Assembly: GCF_006345805.1 (NCBI RefSeq) | Contig: NC_043006.1 | Location: 87,296,001-87,360,000, forward strand | Source of the DNA: Octopus sinensis | Taxonomy: Eukaryota | Reading direction: 5' to 3' | DNA: 64,000 nucleotides | Part shown: piece by piece, positions 12,173 to 26,233 of the stretch | Layout: each line of letters opens with the position of its first letter | Numbering within the stretch: the first letter of the stretch is position 1 | Translations under genes and position numbers: made by a program | Notes under the pieces: model-generated | Databases searched by the model: none | Seen by the model: only the letters and a program-made list of their open reading frames with translations | What the model was told of the DNA's origin: nothing

Positions 12173-12861
12173 TATGTCTATCACCACTATTATCAACATT
12201 TAAGGTTCAAATTTCCATATTGGCATGAATTAGACAGTTTGACAGGATCTGAGGAGCCACAGGACAGTATCAGCTTTAGCATGGTTTCTAAGTCTGGGTG
12301 CCCTTCTTAACACCAATCACTTGACATTATGTATTGGGAGCATTTTTCTTCTCACCTGCACAAGTGAGATCAACAGGTAATTTGATAGCGGGACAATGAC
12401 AGGTATCTTGCTATGGAGGAGACACTCAACTACCCTGTATTGTATAAGGATGGGTGAGAGTAGCTAATATAATGATGACAAGGTAGGTGTCAGAGCAAAC
12501 TTTTAAGGTACACTAAGGTGAGTGTAAGAGTGAATATGGACTGTGAATCAGGAAGTAGAGGATGAAGTTAATTCCATAAAGATGTAAGAGGTAACAGATG
12601 TGTGTGTGTGTATGAGAGAGTGTACACTTACAGTAAGCAAACTGGTAATTCGTTTTCTGTATCTAGAGTAATTGTTGAGTATATAAACAGATAGGCTGCT
12701 TTTTTCTCAGGAATTAGTCAAATTGATGTAGACACTTCTGATGAGAATCCAATAATTGATTAATTAAAAAATTGATTAAGGTTGTTCATGAGTTTTTCAA
12801 TCTACAGAGACACAGCTTAATTAGCTCTGTTGATACAGGTACTATACAGGTTACATATATG

Positions 12862-12923
<62 letters not shown>

Positions 12924-13386
12924 TGTGTATTTATGTATGCACACACACACACATATATAATTGTAAACTTTTGATGTTCGATGATGAGGATTCAGTTGAT
13001 CAATCAACAATCAACAAAATTACCTGCACCTGAATAAAGGTGAAAGTCCCAGGGTATATCATAGATATATGTACCCTTAATGAAATCTTCAAGCAGGACC
13101 AAAGTGACACAGAATGTGTCATGGTTACACCTTTTAAATTACAGGTACAATCCATTCGGTAGGTTTCTACATGGTTTTCAGTTACCTAATTCCACTCACA
13201 AGACTAAAGGCTATGGAAAATGATATTTGGCCAAGATGTTATATCTTAGGATACAACCCAGAATCCTTTAGTCTCAAGCAAATTCCATAAAGATGCATCT
13301 ATATTGTTTAGATGCTTGTGTGTGTGCGTTTGTGTGTGCATGTATATATTCACATATATATTTATTATTATAAATAACAAAATATA

Positions 13387-13607
13387 CAGGGTGGCTCAAA
13401 AGTAGGTTTACAGTTATTCAACTATCCCTTTTGCATTCATATGTTAACAGTTTAGATCTTAATTATAAAAGAATATGAAGCTATTTAGTTAATTTTGTCA
13501 AGCTCCCTTTTCAGTTTGTAAGATAGAAATTTAAATGTAATAAAATGTTTCAAAAGAAATTTAAAGTGCCTACGTGATAACTGTAAACCTACTTATGGGC
13601 CACCCTC
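13387..13607. mobile_element. Tc1/mariner-type MITE, 221 bp
   Basis: TIRs CAGGGTGGCTCAAAAGTAGGTTTACAGTT and AACTGTAAACCTACTTATGGGCCACCCTC, with TA on both sides (13385-86, 13608-09). Confidence 0.85.
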
Positions 13608-13871
13608 TAAATGTATATTCTCACAAATTCACATATGTACCTATCTAAACAATTATATATTACTCTGCATACACACTTCTATCAATACATAAATTCTGGT
13701 AATAGTGAGTGAATGAAAGAAATTTCCCAAAATTAAATTATATGGAGCAGTACAGGAATAGACACTAACATCACTTCTTCCCCATCTCCTCACACACATT
13801 CAATTTATGCTCTTTTATTGAAATACAATGAAGTATTTCGTGTGTTAAGAGAGAAAATTATGCAAGTATGT

Positions 13872-13974
<103 letters not shown>

Positions 13975-14721
13975 AACATGCAAGGGATTATGAAGAGAAT
14001 GAATACGACAAGAATATATGTTAAATAAAATTTTAAAACATGTGAATATGTGTGTGCGTGCATGCATACAATACAATAAAGAAATATTGTAGCATATTGT
14101 TATTTTATATACAATAACTACAATAGGTATGCCTTTTCATATATAAATACAAGCATTTGTCCTAACATCTTAATGGATCCAGGAACAGTATATTGCAGTG
14201 ATCAGCTGAGTAACAGATGAAAGAAATAATACAAAGTTATATTGCACAGGCCAGAATAGTTCTATAAAAGTAATTAGATGGTAGCAGAAGTAAGAGGCAA
14301 TAGCTGAACTCAAGGACATGTGTGAGTTTGTATTATTGTATTTAGAAGGGTGGCACCAAAGAGTTGGTGAGCCAAACAAGTGTAGAGATGCCATTGTAGA
14401 GGTGTTTAAAAAACATTGTAGAACTGTAGAGAAGGCATAGTGTAGAGAATAGAAAATGCTACAGAAGTGCATAGCATTCATTGTAGAGGTGTATAGAAGA
14501 CAGTAGAAGAAGTGTATATAAGTAACTGTATAAGAGTATAAAAGATAATGTAGAATGTATAGCAAACAGTAGAGAAGTGAGCTGAGGACACAGAAGAAGT
14601 GTGCTGAAGAATACAGAAGACACTGTAGATCAGGTTGTGTACCTTGTTGCCTAAACAGGGATTTGTCCTTCACTCCTATTATGGGATCAATAAAATAAAT
14701 ACTTGGTAGTAAATTAATACC

Positions 14722-14954
14722 TGTTTCTTTACTACCCACAAGGGGCTAAACATAGAGGGGACAAACGAGGACAGACAAATGGATTAAGTTGATTACATCG
14801 AATCCAGTGCGTAACTGGTACTTAATTTATCGACCTCGAAAGGATGAAAGGCAAAGTCGACCTTGGCGGAATTTGAACTCAGAACATAGCGGCAGATTCC
14901 GCCAAGGTTGACTTTGCCTTTCATCCTTTTGGGGTCGATAAATTAAGTACCAGT
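14722..14954 (-). mobile_element. 5'-truncated Nin-type SINE with an inverted (fold-back) duplication and a 22-bp TSD
   Basis: TACTTGGTAGTAAATTAATACC at 14700-14721 and 14955-14976. Inverted 62-bp arms at 14811-14872 and 14896-14957. Confidence 0.8.
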
Positions 14955-17479
14955 TACTTGGTAGTAAATTAATACCATTGACTAAAACCTTGAAAGTGAT
15001 TACTAGCATTCTAAGACACATTCTTCACTACCTTCATTTAACACTTTCAAGTTTAGGATTTTTATTTTTATCGAATTATTAAAACTAAAAAAAAAGTCTA
15101 TTAGTTTTTCCTTAATTTTTAATGGTTTGGTGTTGAGGAAGAAGGCGTGTCCTTCATCCTGGAGTTACACCAAGATTGGTGAAATGGATGTGGGTGATGT
15201 TGGATGCTCTTTTTGAACAACTTCAACATCATCCATCTCACTGGTCTTGGAGGAACTTCAAAGACCAAGGATATAATCTCTTCCTACAGACCAAACCACT
15301 AACATAACAATTGCAAGACAAACATGGGTATTGATGGAACAAAGTAAAAAAGACAGGCAGAGGAAGAAGGATCGGATTAATGGTTATTGATGCATCCAGA
15401 GTAAAAATGGCGAAGGGACAAGGGCATGAACTGGGAGACAAGAAGAGAACAGATGTATGATCTGGGTGTTTCTGAGAGGAGACAGTACGAGACCAACTGG
15501 CTGTAAGAAGTACAAGGCACTGTAGTGGCAGTATCCAATATTTTCAGATTAAAATTTGGTCATGAAATTCTTGTCTATGTTGTGCTACTTGTTCCAAGAA
15601 TGCACTGGTTGTCAAAGGATAACACAACTAACCTCTAATTTCACCCTTTCCTTTAAATATACCAGCCAGAGTGGCTTTATAAAAGCATCATGTATGTATG
15701 ATTATGAATTATGGGAAGGGCAGCACACACACACACACACACACCACACACACATATATATAGTTATATATATACACATATATAACTATATATATATATA
15801 CAATGTATGTATGTATGTATATATGTATGTATGCATGTATCATTGACTAACAATATCAAACGGGCAGTATATAATATTGATTCAGTGACGTGAGAAATAA
15901 ACCATACAGAGAACATAATATCAGCTACACTGATTTTTATTTTCATTTTTTAAACTTCAAATACTTAGAATGTGTATAATACACGTTCTTGTTTGATGGG
16001 CAAACATATAGAACATGACACAGTCACTGGTCAGCTGGAAAAACATCAGAGACTTGACAAGTAAATATCAGAGTAATCATATTTCTACTGGGTTTCATAG
16101 ACAAACATTTAAACAAGCAGAAGAATATGTAGAATAAACTAGAGTAGTGAAATCACCTTATATCACTGTTGACAATGACACTGTAGTTCCAGTTATGTTT
16201 GTTTTGCTCAGTATATTTATTAATGTTTTAGTGTGAAAATAATGAGAAAATGAAATTAGATCATAATAATAACAGTAGCAAGAAAAATTAACAGACAGGA
16301 AAACCACAGAAAAATCATAAAATTTGGTAACATGTCAATGATGTTTTGTATTATATTTATACCAAAACAACAATGGAAAGCTGATTATCCCAAATTTTTG
16401 GTTATTTTCTCCCTTCCTCTCTCTCTCTCTTTCTCACTCCCTCTCTCTCTTTCTCACTCCCTCTCTCTCTTTCTCACTCTCTGTCTCTCTCTTTCTCACC
16501 CCTCTCTCTCTCACTCCCTTTCACTATTCTTCTTCTCTATCTCTTTCCATCATTCTCTCTCTCTTACCCTGCCTGTCTCCATTTCTTTCTAACACCTCTC
16601 TCTTTCTTGTCAGTTTGTCCCTCTTTCTGTCTGTCAGTCTTTCATTAGTCGCCTTATTTCTCTCTTTTCATTTCCAGGGAGTGTGTGTGTCTATTCATTA
16701 GACTTGGAATCAAATAAATGCACATGTGCATGCACACACACACACACACACACACACACCACACAGACACTCCTATGCCTGCTAACTAATGTATGTAGTC
16801 ACATATCATATGACACATGGTCACACAAGGGCACAGGCACACATACACACCCATGAAAGACCAAATGCAAACCACCCATCAGTCAATGATTAGGAGTTAA
16901 AACTAGAATTAATAAAAACACATCGACAGACCTGACTGATGAGGAAACATCAGAGAAAACTTATGTTTACTTGTTTATGAAACAGTATTTTTACTAATTT
17001 TTTTAACAATATCATTGAACTACATGCTTACTAGTTCATTAAATGATATCCCCATTGGTTTATTACACAATATGTTCACTACTTCATAGAACAATAAATT
17101 TATTAGCTGATTAAACAATGTTCATTGATTTACTAAATAAACACCGAGTTCATGCTAAGCTGAACTTGAAATGAAATGGTGTCACATATTTCTACAGAAT
17201 TTAATACTGCCAAAATGAATTATCTTATCCAGATCTGGAATAGAGATAGCTAAGTAAATTTGTCTTAAGCTTCCCCAAAATTTATGCTTCCAGGTTGGTT
17301 GGTACCTGTCATTTTGTATCATTTGCCAAATCATTGATGGATATGATATTTATATATTCCAAGTAGCATAGACCCTGTGATCCAAGTGATCTGGTATCAA
17401 GGTGAATTGAAGCTGTCAACCCATGAAGAGAGGCTTACTATTGTATCCACTTGGGAATTCAAAATAATTTTTTTTTTTT

Positions 17480-17780
17480 TTAAATAGCTCTCCATTGATT
17501 ACAACAACGAGGGTTCCAGTTGATCTGATCAATGGACAATGGAACCGCTTGCTTGGAAAATTGACATGCAAGTGGCTGAGCACCCCACAGACGCATGTAC
17601 CCTTGATGTACTTCTCAAGGAGATTCAGTATGACACAGGTGCTACTCATTTTTATCAGGTGAGTGAAATGGAGCAATGTGAAATAAAGTGTCTTGCTCAA
17701 GGACACAACATGCTGCCAGGTATTGAATTCATGACCTTACGATTGTAAGCCAAATACCATAACTACTAAGCTATGCACTT
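17480..17780 (-). mobile_element. tRNA-derived SINE with a V/Meta-like domain
   Basis: Reverse complement: GCATAGCTTAGTAG...GAATTCAATACC...TGTGTCCTTGAGCAAGACACTTTATTTCACATTGCTCC. Confidence 0.6.
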
Positions 17781-18134
17781 CAGCAAAGAGAAGTGTGCAA
17801 GAAATTATTTATTTTATATTGCAATAGGTAAGCAACAAAATTATTGTTATGGGCTAATGACTGGTTCTAATCACTGAGCCAATAACTTGTTCAGCTTACT
17901 TCTGATGGTGAAAGTGGCAAGGAAGTGTCTGTAATTTGGTACAGAAAAAATATCACTAAGGACTTCATTCATTTGTCAACTACTTTTTGAGAGTCTTCTG
18001 AGTATCTGTAAAAGTTTATTTTTCATGTATTCTTGTTACTAACTACTGCTTTGCACCAGCCACACATGTTTTCTATTTCTGACACTCTGCATGTGATCTC
18101 ATTAACTGTTGCATCCTTTGTGAGCTGCTTTCCG

Positions 18135-18749
18135 GCTATCTATCTGAGGCTTTATATAGCTATGGTGTGGCCTCACCTAGAATTTGCATCACTGGTCTGG
18201 AACCCCTATCATGCCAAGGATATTAATCGTCTGGAAACCGTTCAGCGACGTGCAGCCAAGAGAATACCCTCCATCAGGCATTTGCCATATTCTGAATGCT
18301 TTATTTCCCTGGGCATGGATACATTGAAACTCCGATGTCTGGCAGCTGACTTGGCAGACATCCATAAAATTATTAACCATCTTACTAACAATAACTCTGA
18401 GCACCTTTTTAAACTCCACCCGTCTAACACCCATGGAAATGTTTACAAAGTCAGAAAGCAGCACAGCCCCCATGACTTTAGGAAACATTTTTTCAAGCTA
18501 AGCGTTGCTGAAGCATGTAACAAATTGCAGACATCAGTTGTTAGTTGTCGGAGCACTGCATCCTTCAAAACTTCCATGCTTCCTGAGATTCACCAACACT
18601 ACACCTGATTTTCTCCCCTCTATACACACGCAGGCATGTATCTGACTCTTACACTGTTCGCTTCCCAGACATTTGTACATTACTGCATATTCTTTATACG
18701 CACTTTTGACAAGTTGTGGTGCACCTGAGCACTGTATACAATAATTTCC

Positions 18750-18784
<35 letters not shown>

Positions 18785-18810
18785 ATTATTAATAATATTA
18801 TTATTATTAT
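18135..18810 (+). mobile_element. 5'-truncated CR1-clade LINE 3' end with an (ATT)n tail, antisense to the aminopeptidase and ~180 bp from its splice donor
   Basis: LYIAMVWPHLEFASLVWNPYHAKDINRLETVQRRAAKRIP...HFFKLSVAEACNKL, followed by a UTR and (TTA)n. Confidence 0.88.
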
Positions 18811-18990
18811 TTATATTATAGAAATTCTACCTATATAGGTTAAATATAAGAATGTCTATATGCATTTATAATATATATAGAAACAAATGTATTATACACA
18901 CACATACAAAACAAAAGTAAGAAACATAAATTACAACAAAGAGAAATAGGGAGATAATTGTGCCGAAAATAAATAATGTTGATGATTTAC

Positions 18991-19264
18991 CTTAATTCCA
19001 CTTCTGCTTATTCCACTGACTGATGCAAAATCAGAAACAACAAATGAAACTAGGTAGGTACTCATTTTTGGTGTTGTACCAAAAGAATCCAAGAAAAGTC
19101 CATGAATATAAGATGTAGTTGCCTTTAAAGGCATATTGAACAGAGTTTTGTGACGTTGTTCTCTCACCATAAACAGTGTGAAATTTGCTTTCTTGTCCGG
19201 CTCATCAAAACAAGGAAATGCCAGCCGAGCAGATGCCGGTTCAAAATGTGTTGTGGCCAAATAC
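18991..19264 (-). CDS. ERAP1: Internal coding exon of an M1-family zinc aminopeptidase, ERAP1/ERAP2/LNPEP-like (N-terminal beta domain)
   Basis: Acceptor ttttttctAG|G and donor AAG|GTaaat. The 274 nt read (R)YLATTHFEPASARLAFPCFDEPDKKANFTLFMVREQRHKTLFNMPLKATTSYIHGLFLDSFGTTPKMSTYLVSFVVSDFASVSGISRSGIK, with the M1 hallmarks FEPxxARxAFPCFDEP, NMP and MSTYL. From memory it is colinear with human ERAP1. The symbol means ERAP1-like; exact orthology is not established. Confidence 0.93.
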
Positions 19265-22064
19265 CTAGAAAAAAGTTAAAGAAAATCAGTAAGTTGATGA
19301 CATTTTACTTAAAATGAAATGAAATCAAAAGAAAATTGAATAATAATATTAAAATTAAGTTTATTTTAAATAATTGCTTTGCTTTAAATTTAAGATGAAC
19401 ATATCTCTGATATGTTATGTACATACATGTATGTGAAAGATAAGCCTGTATTCATATATGTTTATATTTGTATAAAATATGTCTTAACATATATTTTAAT
19501 TGCTGTAATTTTATACCAATGACTTACAGTGAAAACTCCTCCTCTTTGCTCTGCTTCCTCTGAAGACCCCAGAACCAAAGAAAAAACTCCCCCAACATCA
19601 AGAGGAGCAACATTGAGAGATCTCCTACTTATTCACCTGGAATCCATAATTGAAAACTCTACCTCTATGAGAATGGCATATACTATAACAGTCTACAGAA
19701 TTCATCAACAGAAAAATTGTTGCTAACAGAGATTTCCCTGTTAATTAACTTTCAGCCATTAATTAGTACCTCAGAAGTACCATAATAACTCTAGCTGGCC
19801 CAAAATCAGACTATTCCTCTTTCAATGACCACCCAGTTACATATACATTAAACATCATATACAACACCTTGCCCAATAACAGGACTCCACAGGTACACTA
19901 TGTAATGTTGCTAACATTCATTTGCAACATGGCATCAACAAATCAGTTATCCCATTATGTGGAACAATAGGCACATATTCCATTCCAATCTTTCTTTCCT
20001 CTTTTTGATATCATTATGTTTGTGAAAGCTGTAGATCAGCAGGCACCACTAGACTTTCTCCTCAACCACACAGAACATAAACAAAATTATATATTTTGTT
20101 GCTGATTTACCTAATTTCATACAAGACATGAACTAACCAATAGAAGTCCCTTGAATATTCTCATTTAGAAGCCATTTTTCTTTCTTGTCCCTTTAAGCCA
20201 AGATATCTGTCCAGCTAGGTGGCTATTTATATCTATGAAATATTGAGTAATGTGAGACTGAGTAAACCTTTTAAAAACACTTTCAAACAGTTTCTTTTGT
20301 TTGCTCACATATACACACACATATCTAGGCATATATTAAGCATTTAATAAATTGGTACAGTTCTTAGGGTGTTGGTTGTGATATTTAGTGTCTATGCCAT
20401 TAGTTGAAATTTCGTTGAGGTCAGCTTTGCCTTTCCCTTTTCTGGGAGCAATGAATAAAGTATCAGCTCTTCTACTCTCTAGGATATTCTACTGGATCAA
20501 AGATGAGTGGGCTGAAAGAGTGTATGTGCCTGCTAGTAATTGCACATCCATGTAAAGTCATTAGCAACACATGGTGGTACAAGCTTGATACCAAGTCATC
20601 TTTGATGATGTGTGAAAGCCAATATTTTTAAGTATTCATTCATTTTCACATCAGTATTTCCATGCTGAGACATTGTTTTATAATGGAAAGCCCTCTATTG
20701 CTAACGTTTTCTGATTTACAAGTAAGAGTTCTCTTACTCAACATTTCCAACTATGAGCCAACAGATGATTTTTTTTTTGTCAAAGGAAATGGCAACAATA
20801 TCACTACTTGTATGTCAGTGAATTTTCATAGAAGTACAAATGTAAGCACACAAAAATGCACTCACATACAAACACTCATACACAAACAGATATGACAAAA
20901 TTCTTTTAGTTTCCATCTAGTAATAATCACTCCCAGAGCTTTGGTTATCTTGGGGTGTTAGCCAAGAAAAGGTACCTGATGGGATCGAATCTAAAATTAT
21001 ATGGTTGCAAAGCATTCAAACAGTTATGTCTCACACCACCAATTAGTTATCTTGCTCTGTGGCTCATCAAGCATATATTCATTTCTTGATAACTGTGCAT
21101 GTTTGTGTGGGATATCTACCAATATCATATTCTATTATATTGTTTGTTCTGCTACCCAGTGACAAAATAATTTTTATTAACAGAAATTTTCAGAATATTA
21201 TATACTTCTCCATCACATAGAAACACAGAAATTGATGACATTTAATTACATTGTTTTTAATAATACACAAATTATCTTTTTAAAAATTTCCACTTAATTT
21301 ACTTCCATCATAATTTTCTCAATTTCAACAGCTACTCGGTATATTTATCCAATTTCACCCCACCCCCACCATCTTCAATTAAATGCTAAAATTTCCTTCT
21401 TTAACATATGTATTACTACAGTCACCTCCTCCTCTGGATTTTTTTCAAGCTTTACCATTTATTTCAGCATACCTACTTTTAACGAAGCCCACCTATTTTT
21501 CAGCTTACCTGACATTTCACCATCATGATATTCAAATTCTACGTCCTATTTTTGGCTTTAATGAATTGCATCCATTTCATCTTACTAAACATGGAATAAA
21601 ATTTATAATAGTTCAAATTATATTTTCTAGTAATGAATGTTTTTGAACAGCTAGAAATGGGATAGCAAGAGGTAGAATGCCTTGTAGTATTCATTTCAGC
21701 AATTCTAGCAAAGCTGAAAGTCAAAGTTGACCTGTTGACCTTAGTAGGATTTGAACCCAGTGTGCAGAAAAAGATACTTGAACTGATATCTCAAACCATT
21801 CTATCAACTTTGCCAAGTTGCCACTTTAAATTGTATGTAAGGAAGTATGTATTGAAATATAAAGTGATATGATTGGAATGAGACTTGTTGAGGTAGTTTT
21901 CTACACACATGCACTCACTCACATACACACACTTTAGTATAACTAATGCAGAAAAAAATTAATAAAATATGAAATGCGAAAAAATATGTACATTATATGT
22001 GTGTGTGTGTGTTTGTATGATCTTGTATTAAGATTGAAAGACAAGTTTATATTTGCCATAGTGT

Positions 22065-22096
<32 letters not shown>

Positions 22097-22508
22097 AGGC
22101 AGAAGAATAAATACTGAAGAACATAAAAAAGAACACTAAAAATATAAAAGAATAAAATAAAAAACTAATGAAAAAAAAAACATTAGTTGATGTAAACAGT
22201 GTTATTATAGAACTTGAGGTGTTTTTAACAAAGTTAATATTTTATGATGTGATTTTTATAAATTTTTATTTAAAATGCTTTGTGCAAAATTAATTTATTT
22301 TTGTTGATCAATGTTAACAGATCCAAAACTTTAGCCTGTGTATCATTGGTATTGTGCCAAGAGGTGCTGATTTTGTATCAAGACTTAAAGACAGGTTTAT
22401 ATTTACTATAGTATTTAAGTATAATGCATTGCTAGGATCTTTAAGGTCTTTGCTGGGCTAGTATATTTTCATGTTTGCAAGTTTATTTTCCTCAAGGTTC
22501 CACATATA

Positions 22509-23799
22509 TTCGGTCTTCCCCAAAATAATGTGGTTATTTTCAATTGCATGAACTAAAAGTCAGAGGGATATGGGATAAACTACCTGCATCAACTTGCTAT
22601 AGAAGCAAGTAGTAATTTTATCTTGTCCTTATTCTTAGTGCAAGTTTTGAAGCCTGCAGTTCGATTTTAATAGTTATTTTTTCAAAGCTATAATGGAAGT
22701 GACAAAGGAATATATTCAGCATATTTTGCTTTATGAGTTCAATAAAGGCAATAATGCAGCAGAAAGTGTGAGGAATATTAATGCAGCATAGGGATGGAGA
22801 TCAGACAATAAGTGTAAGTCGGTGTCAATGGTGGTTCCAGAAATTCTAAGGGGGAAACTACAGCCTAAAAGATGAGCCTTGTCCCAAAATATCTGTAGAG
22901 ATCGAGAAAGTCGTCCTGGAAACACTGGTGAAAAAAAATCCTATCATAACTGTTGAGGAACTAGCAGAGAAGCTTGGATTTGGTCATTCAACCATTCATT
23001 GATACCTGTATGCCATTGGAAAAGTCATCAAATTAGGTCAAATGTTCCTAACAAACTTTTCGAGTCTAATCGTGGACGGAGAGTGAAAGTATGCTCTTCT
23101 TTGCTGTCATGTCTCACAAAAGAACACTTTTTGGACCGAATAGTGACTGGTAACATGAAATAGGTTCTCTATAAAAATGTCAAGTGTCAAAGACAGTGAG
23201 TAGGGAAAGGAGAAACATGGGCACCCCAAGCTAAAGAAGGTCGTCACCCATGTAAGGTGTTGTTATCTATTTGATGGGATATGAAATGTTTAGTCCACTT
23301 TGAACTTTTAAAACCCTAACCAAACGATAACAAAGGAGATCTACTGTGAGCAGCTTGAGTGGCTTAAGTCAGTGCTAGAAGAAAAACGACCATCTTTGAT
23401 TTCAAGATGAAAGGTATTCTATCAGGATAATGATCAGCCACATACAATGCAGCTGATATTCCAAAGGCTGGAGCAGTTTCAATGGGAAACGATGTCCCAC
23501 CCACCATATTCACCAGACATCGACCCATCAGATTATCATTTATTCTGCAGTCTTCAAAATCATTTGGACAGAAAAAATATGAATTCTGTAGACGAGGTCA
23601 GAACAGTACTGGAGGAATATTTTTCATCATGGACAAGTGAATGTTGAAGAGGGGCTTTGCAAGTCTACCAGATAGATGGAAGAGCATTGTAGAAAATGAA
23701 GGAGAGCATATTTTTGATTAAAAAAGAACTTTGTTCACCTTAATTTTGAAAAATAAAGAAACTAGGAAAAAAAATCAGATTATTTATAGGATGATCCAA
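22509..23799 (+). mobile_element. Full-length-size (1291 bp) dead mariner element; transposase pseudogene at 22693-23721
   Basis: TA...TA flanks and ~28-bp imperfect TIRs. MEVTKEYIQHILLYEFNKGNNAAES... through HPPYSPDIDPSDYHLF to GEHIFD*, with multiple stops and frameshifts. Confidence 0.92.
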
Positions 23800-26189
23800 T
23801 AGTTTCTGTATTCTGCATGCTGAAAAGAGAAATGATTTTAAAAGTATTGGCTGTCAGTCCAATAGAGTTTCTACCTCTATCATCACATGAAGAGACTTTG
23901 GTTCAATATGCCACTGGTTTATCATCGTAGTCTCTATTAAGGGAAAGGAAGTAGTAATGCAACAGATGTATTGAAATGGATCTGCTGAGCTTCGATATTA
24001 AAGTAGTGAGATTATCAGAACAACTAATAATTAACCTTTACTGTATTTTTTTTTTCTTAGAATATTTTTGGTATTTGTGTAAGTCAAGGAAGTGCCAAAG
24101 TATTAGATCTGGGAAATTTTTCACTATATGAAGAATGACATTTCAACTAAAATGGAGATTAAGCAGATATTGTCTTTTCTTATTTATATTTGTGTACATG
24201 TATTTTTCTGTAGGGGAGATATTTGCAAGATTTTAAGATTGAAGTGATATTCAGTAAATTAGCAATTTCAGAATTTGTATTGACAGTATTTTTTGAGACT
24301 AAATTCTCAGAAGGTTTCTCTGAATCTATTTTCTGTAGAGCTATTAAAGAAGAATGATACAACCAGACTTAATACTAAATGGAGAACTTTTTCTAAACAA
24401 ATCTAATGTATAACATCATAATAACTCAAACCTTAGCTTCACTATAAATATGCAAAGTTACATCAAAAAGCTCACTACCTTTGCATTTAACCTGAGTACT
24501 CATTATTAATACTGGTTTCATTCTTGTCAGAGAAGAGCTTTGAAAACAAAAGCTTTCATAGCAGGTAAAACGTCCACTATTGAGCAAATCTGCAATTGTT
24601 TCTACATTGTATGTTAACATGTTGCATTTCTATAATGTTACATTAGTATTCTGTATAGTATAATTTTTGTATTACTAGAACCTAAAATTTATTTGCTAAT
24701 TTCACCTACTACAATTTATGCTGGATAGATTAGTCTCTATGTGGGATTATTTTAAAAGTTATCCTGTAGTTTTTAAAGGTTATATAAGGTTGACACTTAA
24801 CCAGGCATTCAGCTCTATCATCTATCTTAAGTGGAAATATTTTTGTACATGCTTCAATATTGGTATCGTTGTACATTTTAGAATTTGTTGCTTTCTTTGT
24901 TTTTGCTACAATTGAAAAAATAACCTGTTAGTAGGAGTGGGGTTTTTTTTATGTCTTCAGATGTATTTTAGTCATGAAAGTTGTTGAAAGAATTTTATAT
25001 TATTAACTATCAAAAATGTTTGGAACGTTTTATATTCTGCTGGATATTTGTGGTTATGAAATCTATATTTTTCTCTTTTCAGTTAATCAAATAGTCATTG
25101 GGTCACAGAAAATTTTTTGTTTAGAATAGAGAATGAGGTGGAATATTTTCTATTTTTTCCACAATGAGATATTTCATGTACGTATTTCTCATCATATGAC
25201 AAGATGGTGCCTCATCATGCAAATAGGTCTTTGCTGATTTGTAGTGCCCAGCAAATGAAAAATAAATGTGAATATGTTTGATTTATAAAAAAAAAGAGGT
25301 AAAGTAAATACTCAATAGAGAAGAAGGGTGTAAATAGCTGTTTCCTCATATCATAGTATGTCTTTAACATCAGAAATCAGTTACATTACTAACAATGATC
25401 ATGAAACTGAGAAGTAATAAACCTACACCTACATTAATTATTTGTAGACTACTTCAATACTGAGTACTTACGCTCTTGTTTGTAAATTCAGACATATGCA
25501 TATATGTGTGTACACATACATCATCATCATTTAGACATTATCATCATCATCACTTTTACTTACATTTTCCTATGCTGATTTGTGTTATCAGCTCTTAATT
25601 TACTAACTATTATTGTGGGCTATCCATTATAGCAAAATATTGATAGCTGAAGAAAACAATACATTGTTCTATATATCAAACCTGATTAAATCTCTAAAAC
25701 CTTAAAAGCAAGGAAAGATACATGGTGGAGGACACTAGCCCAAGATGCTCGACAGTTGGATTAAACTGAGAACTATACAACGTCTGCCTGCACTGTTTTA
25801 TCCAAAGCACAAAACAAGACTCTTTGTGATTATAAATGTCAAATATTTTATGTCACTACCTTCCAAACTAAAACCTTATACACACACAACCACCACCATC
25901 ATCATCAACAAGATGCCTTACTTATCCATGGTGACATGGGTTAAGATGAAATTTTCTTGATACCAATTTCTATGGCTGCCAATAACCCTCAGTTGTTTTC
26001 AAGTAAGATATTATTTTCTGTCTTCCTTCAGATATAATCAGCACAATATTTGGTTGTGTTTCCATGCAGAATTACAAATGAACTACACCACTTGTATGGC
26101 ACTGGTGACTGTTTACAATGAGCATGCAATGTCAAGATAAGGGAACACAAACACGTATGCACACACATATATGTTGATGATGGTGATGA

Positions 26190-26233
<44 letters not shown>

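Noticed and set aside
14170-14739. 189-aa minus-strand ORF
   Set aside because: Leu/Tyr-rich read-through of a degenerate TGTAGAAG-type low-complexity tract plus SINE sequence; no domain.
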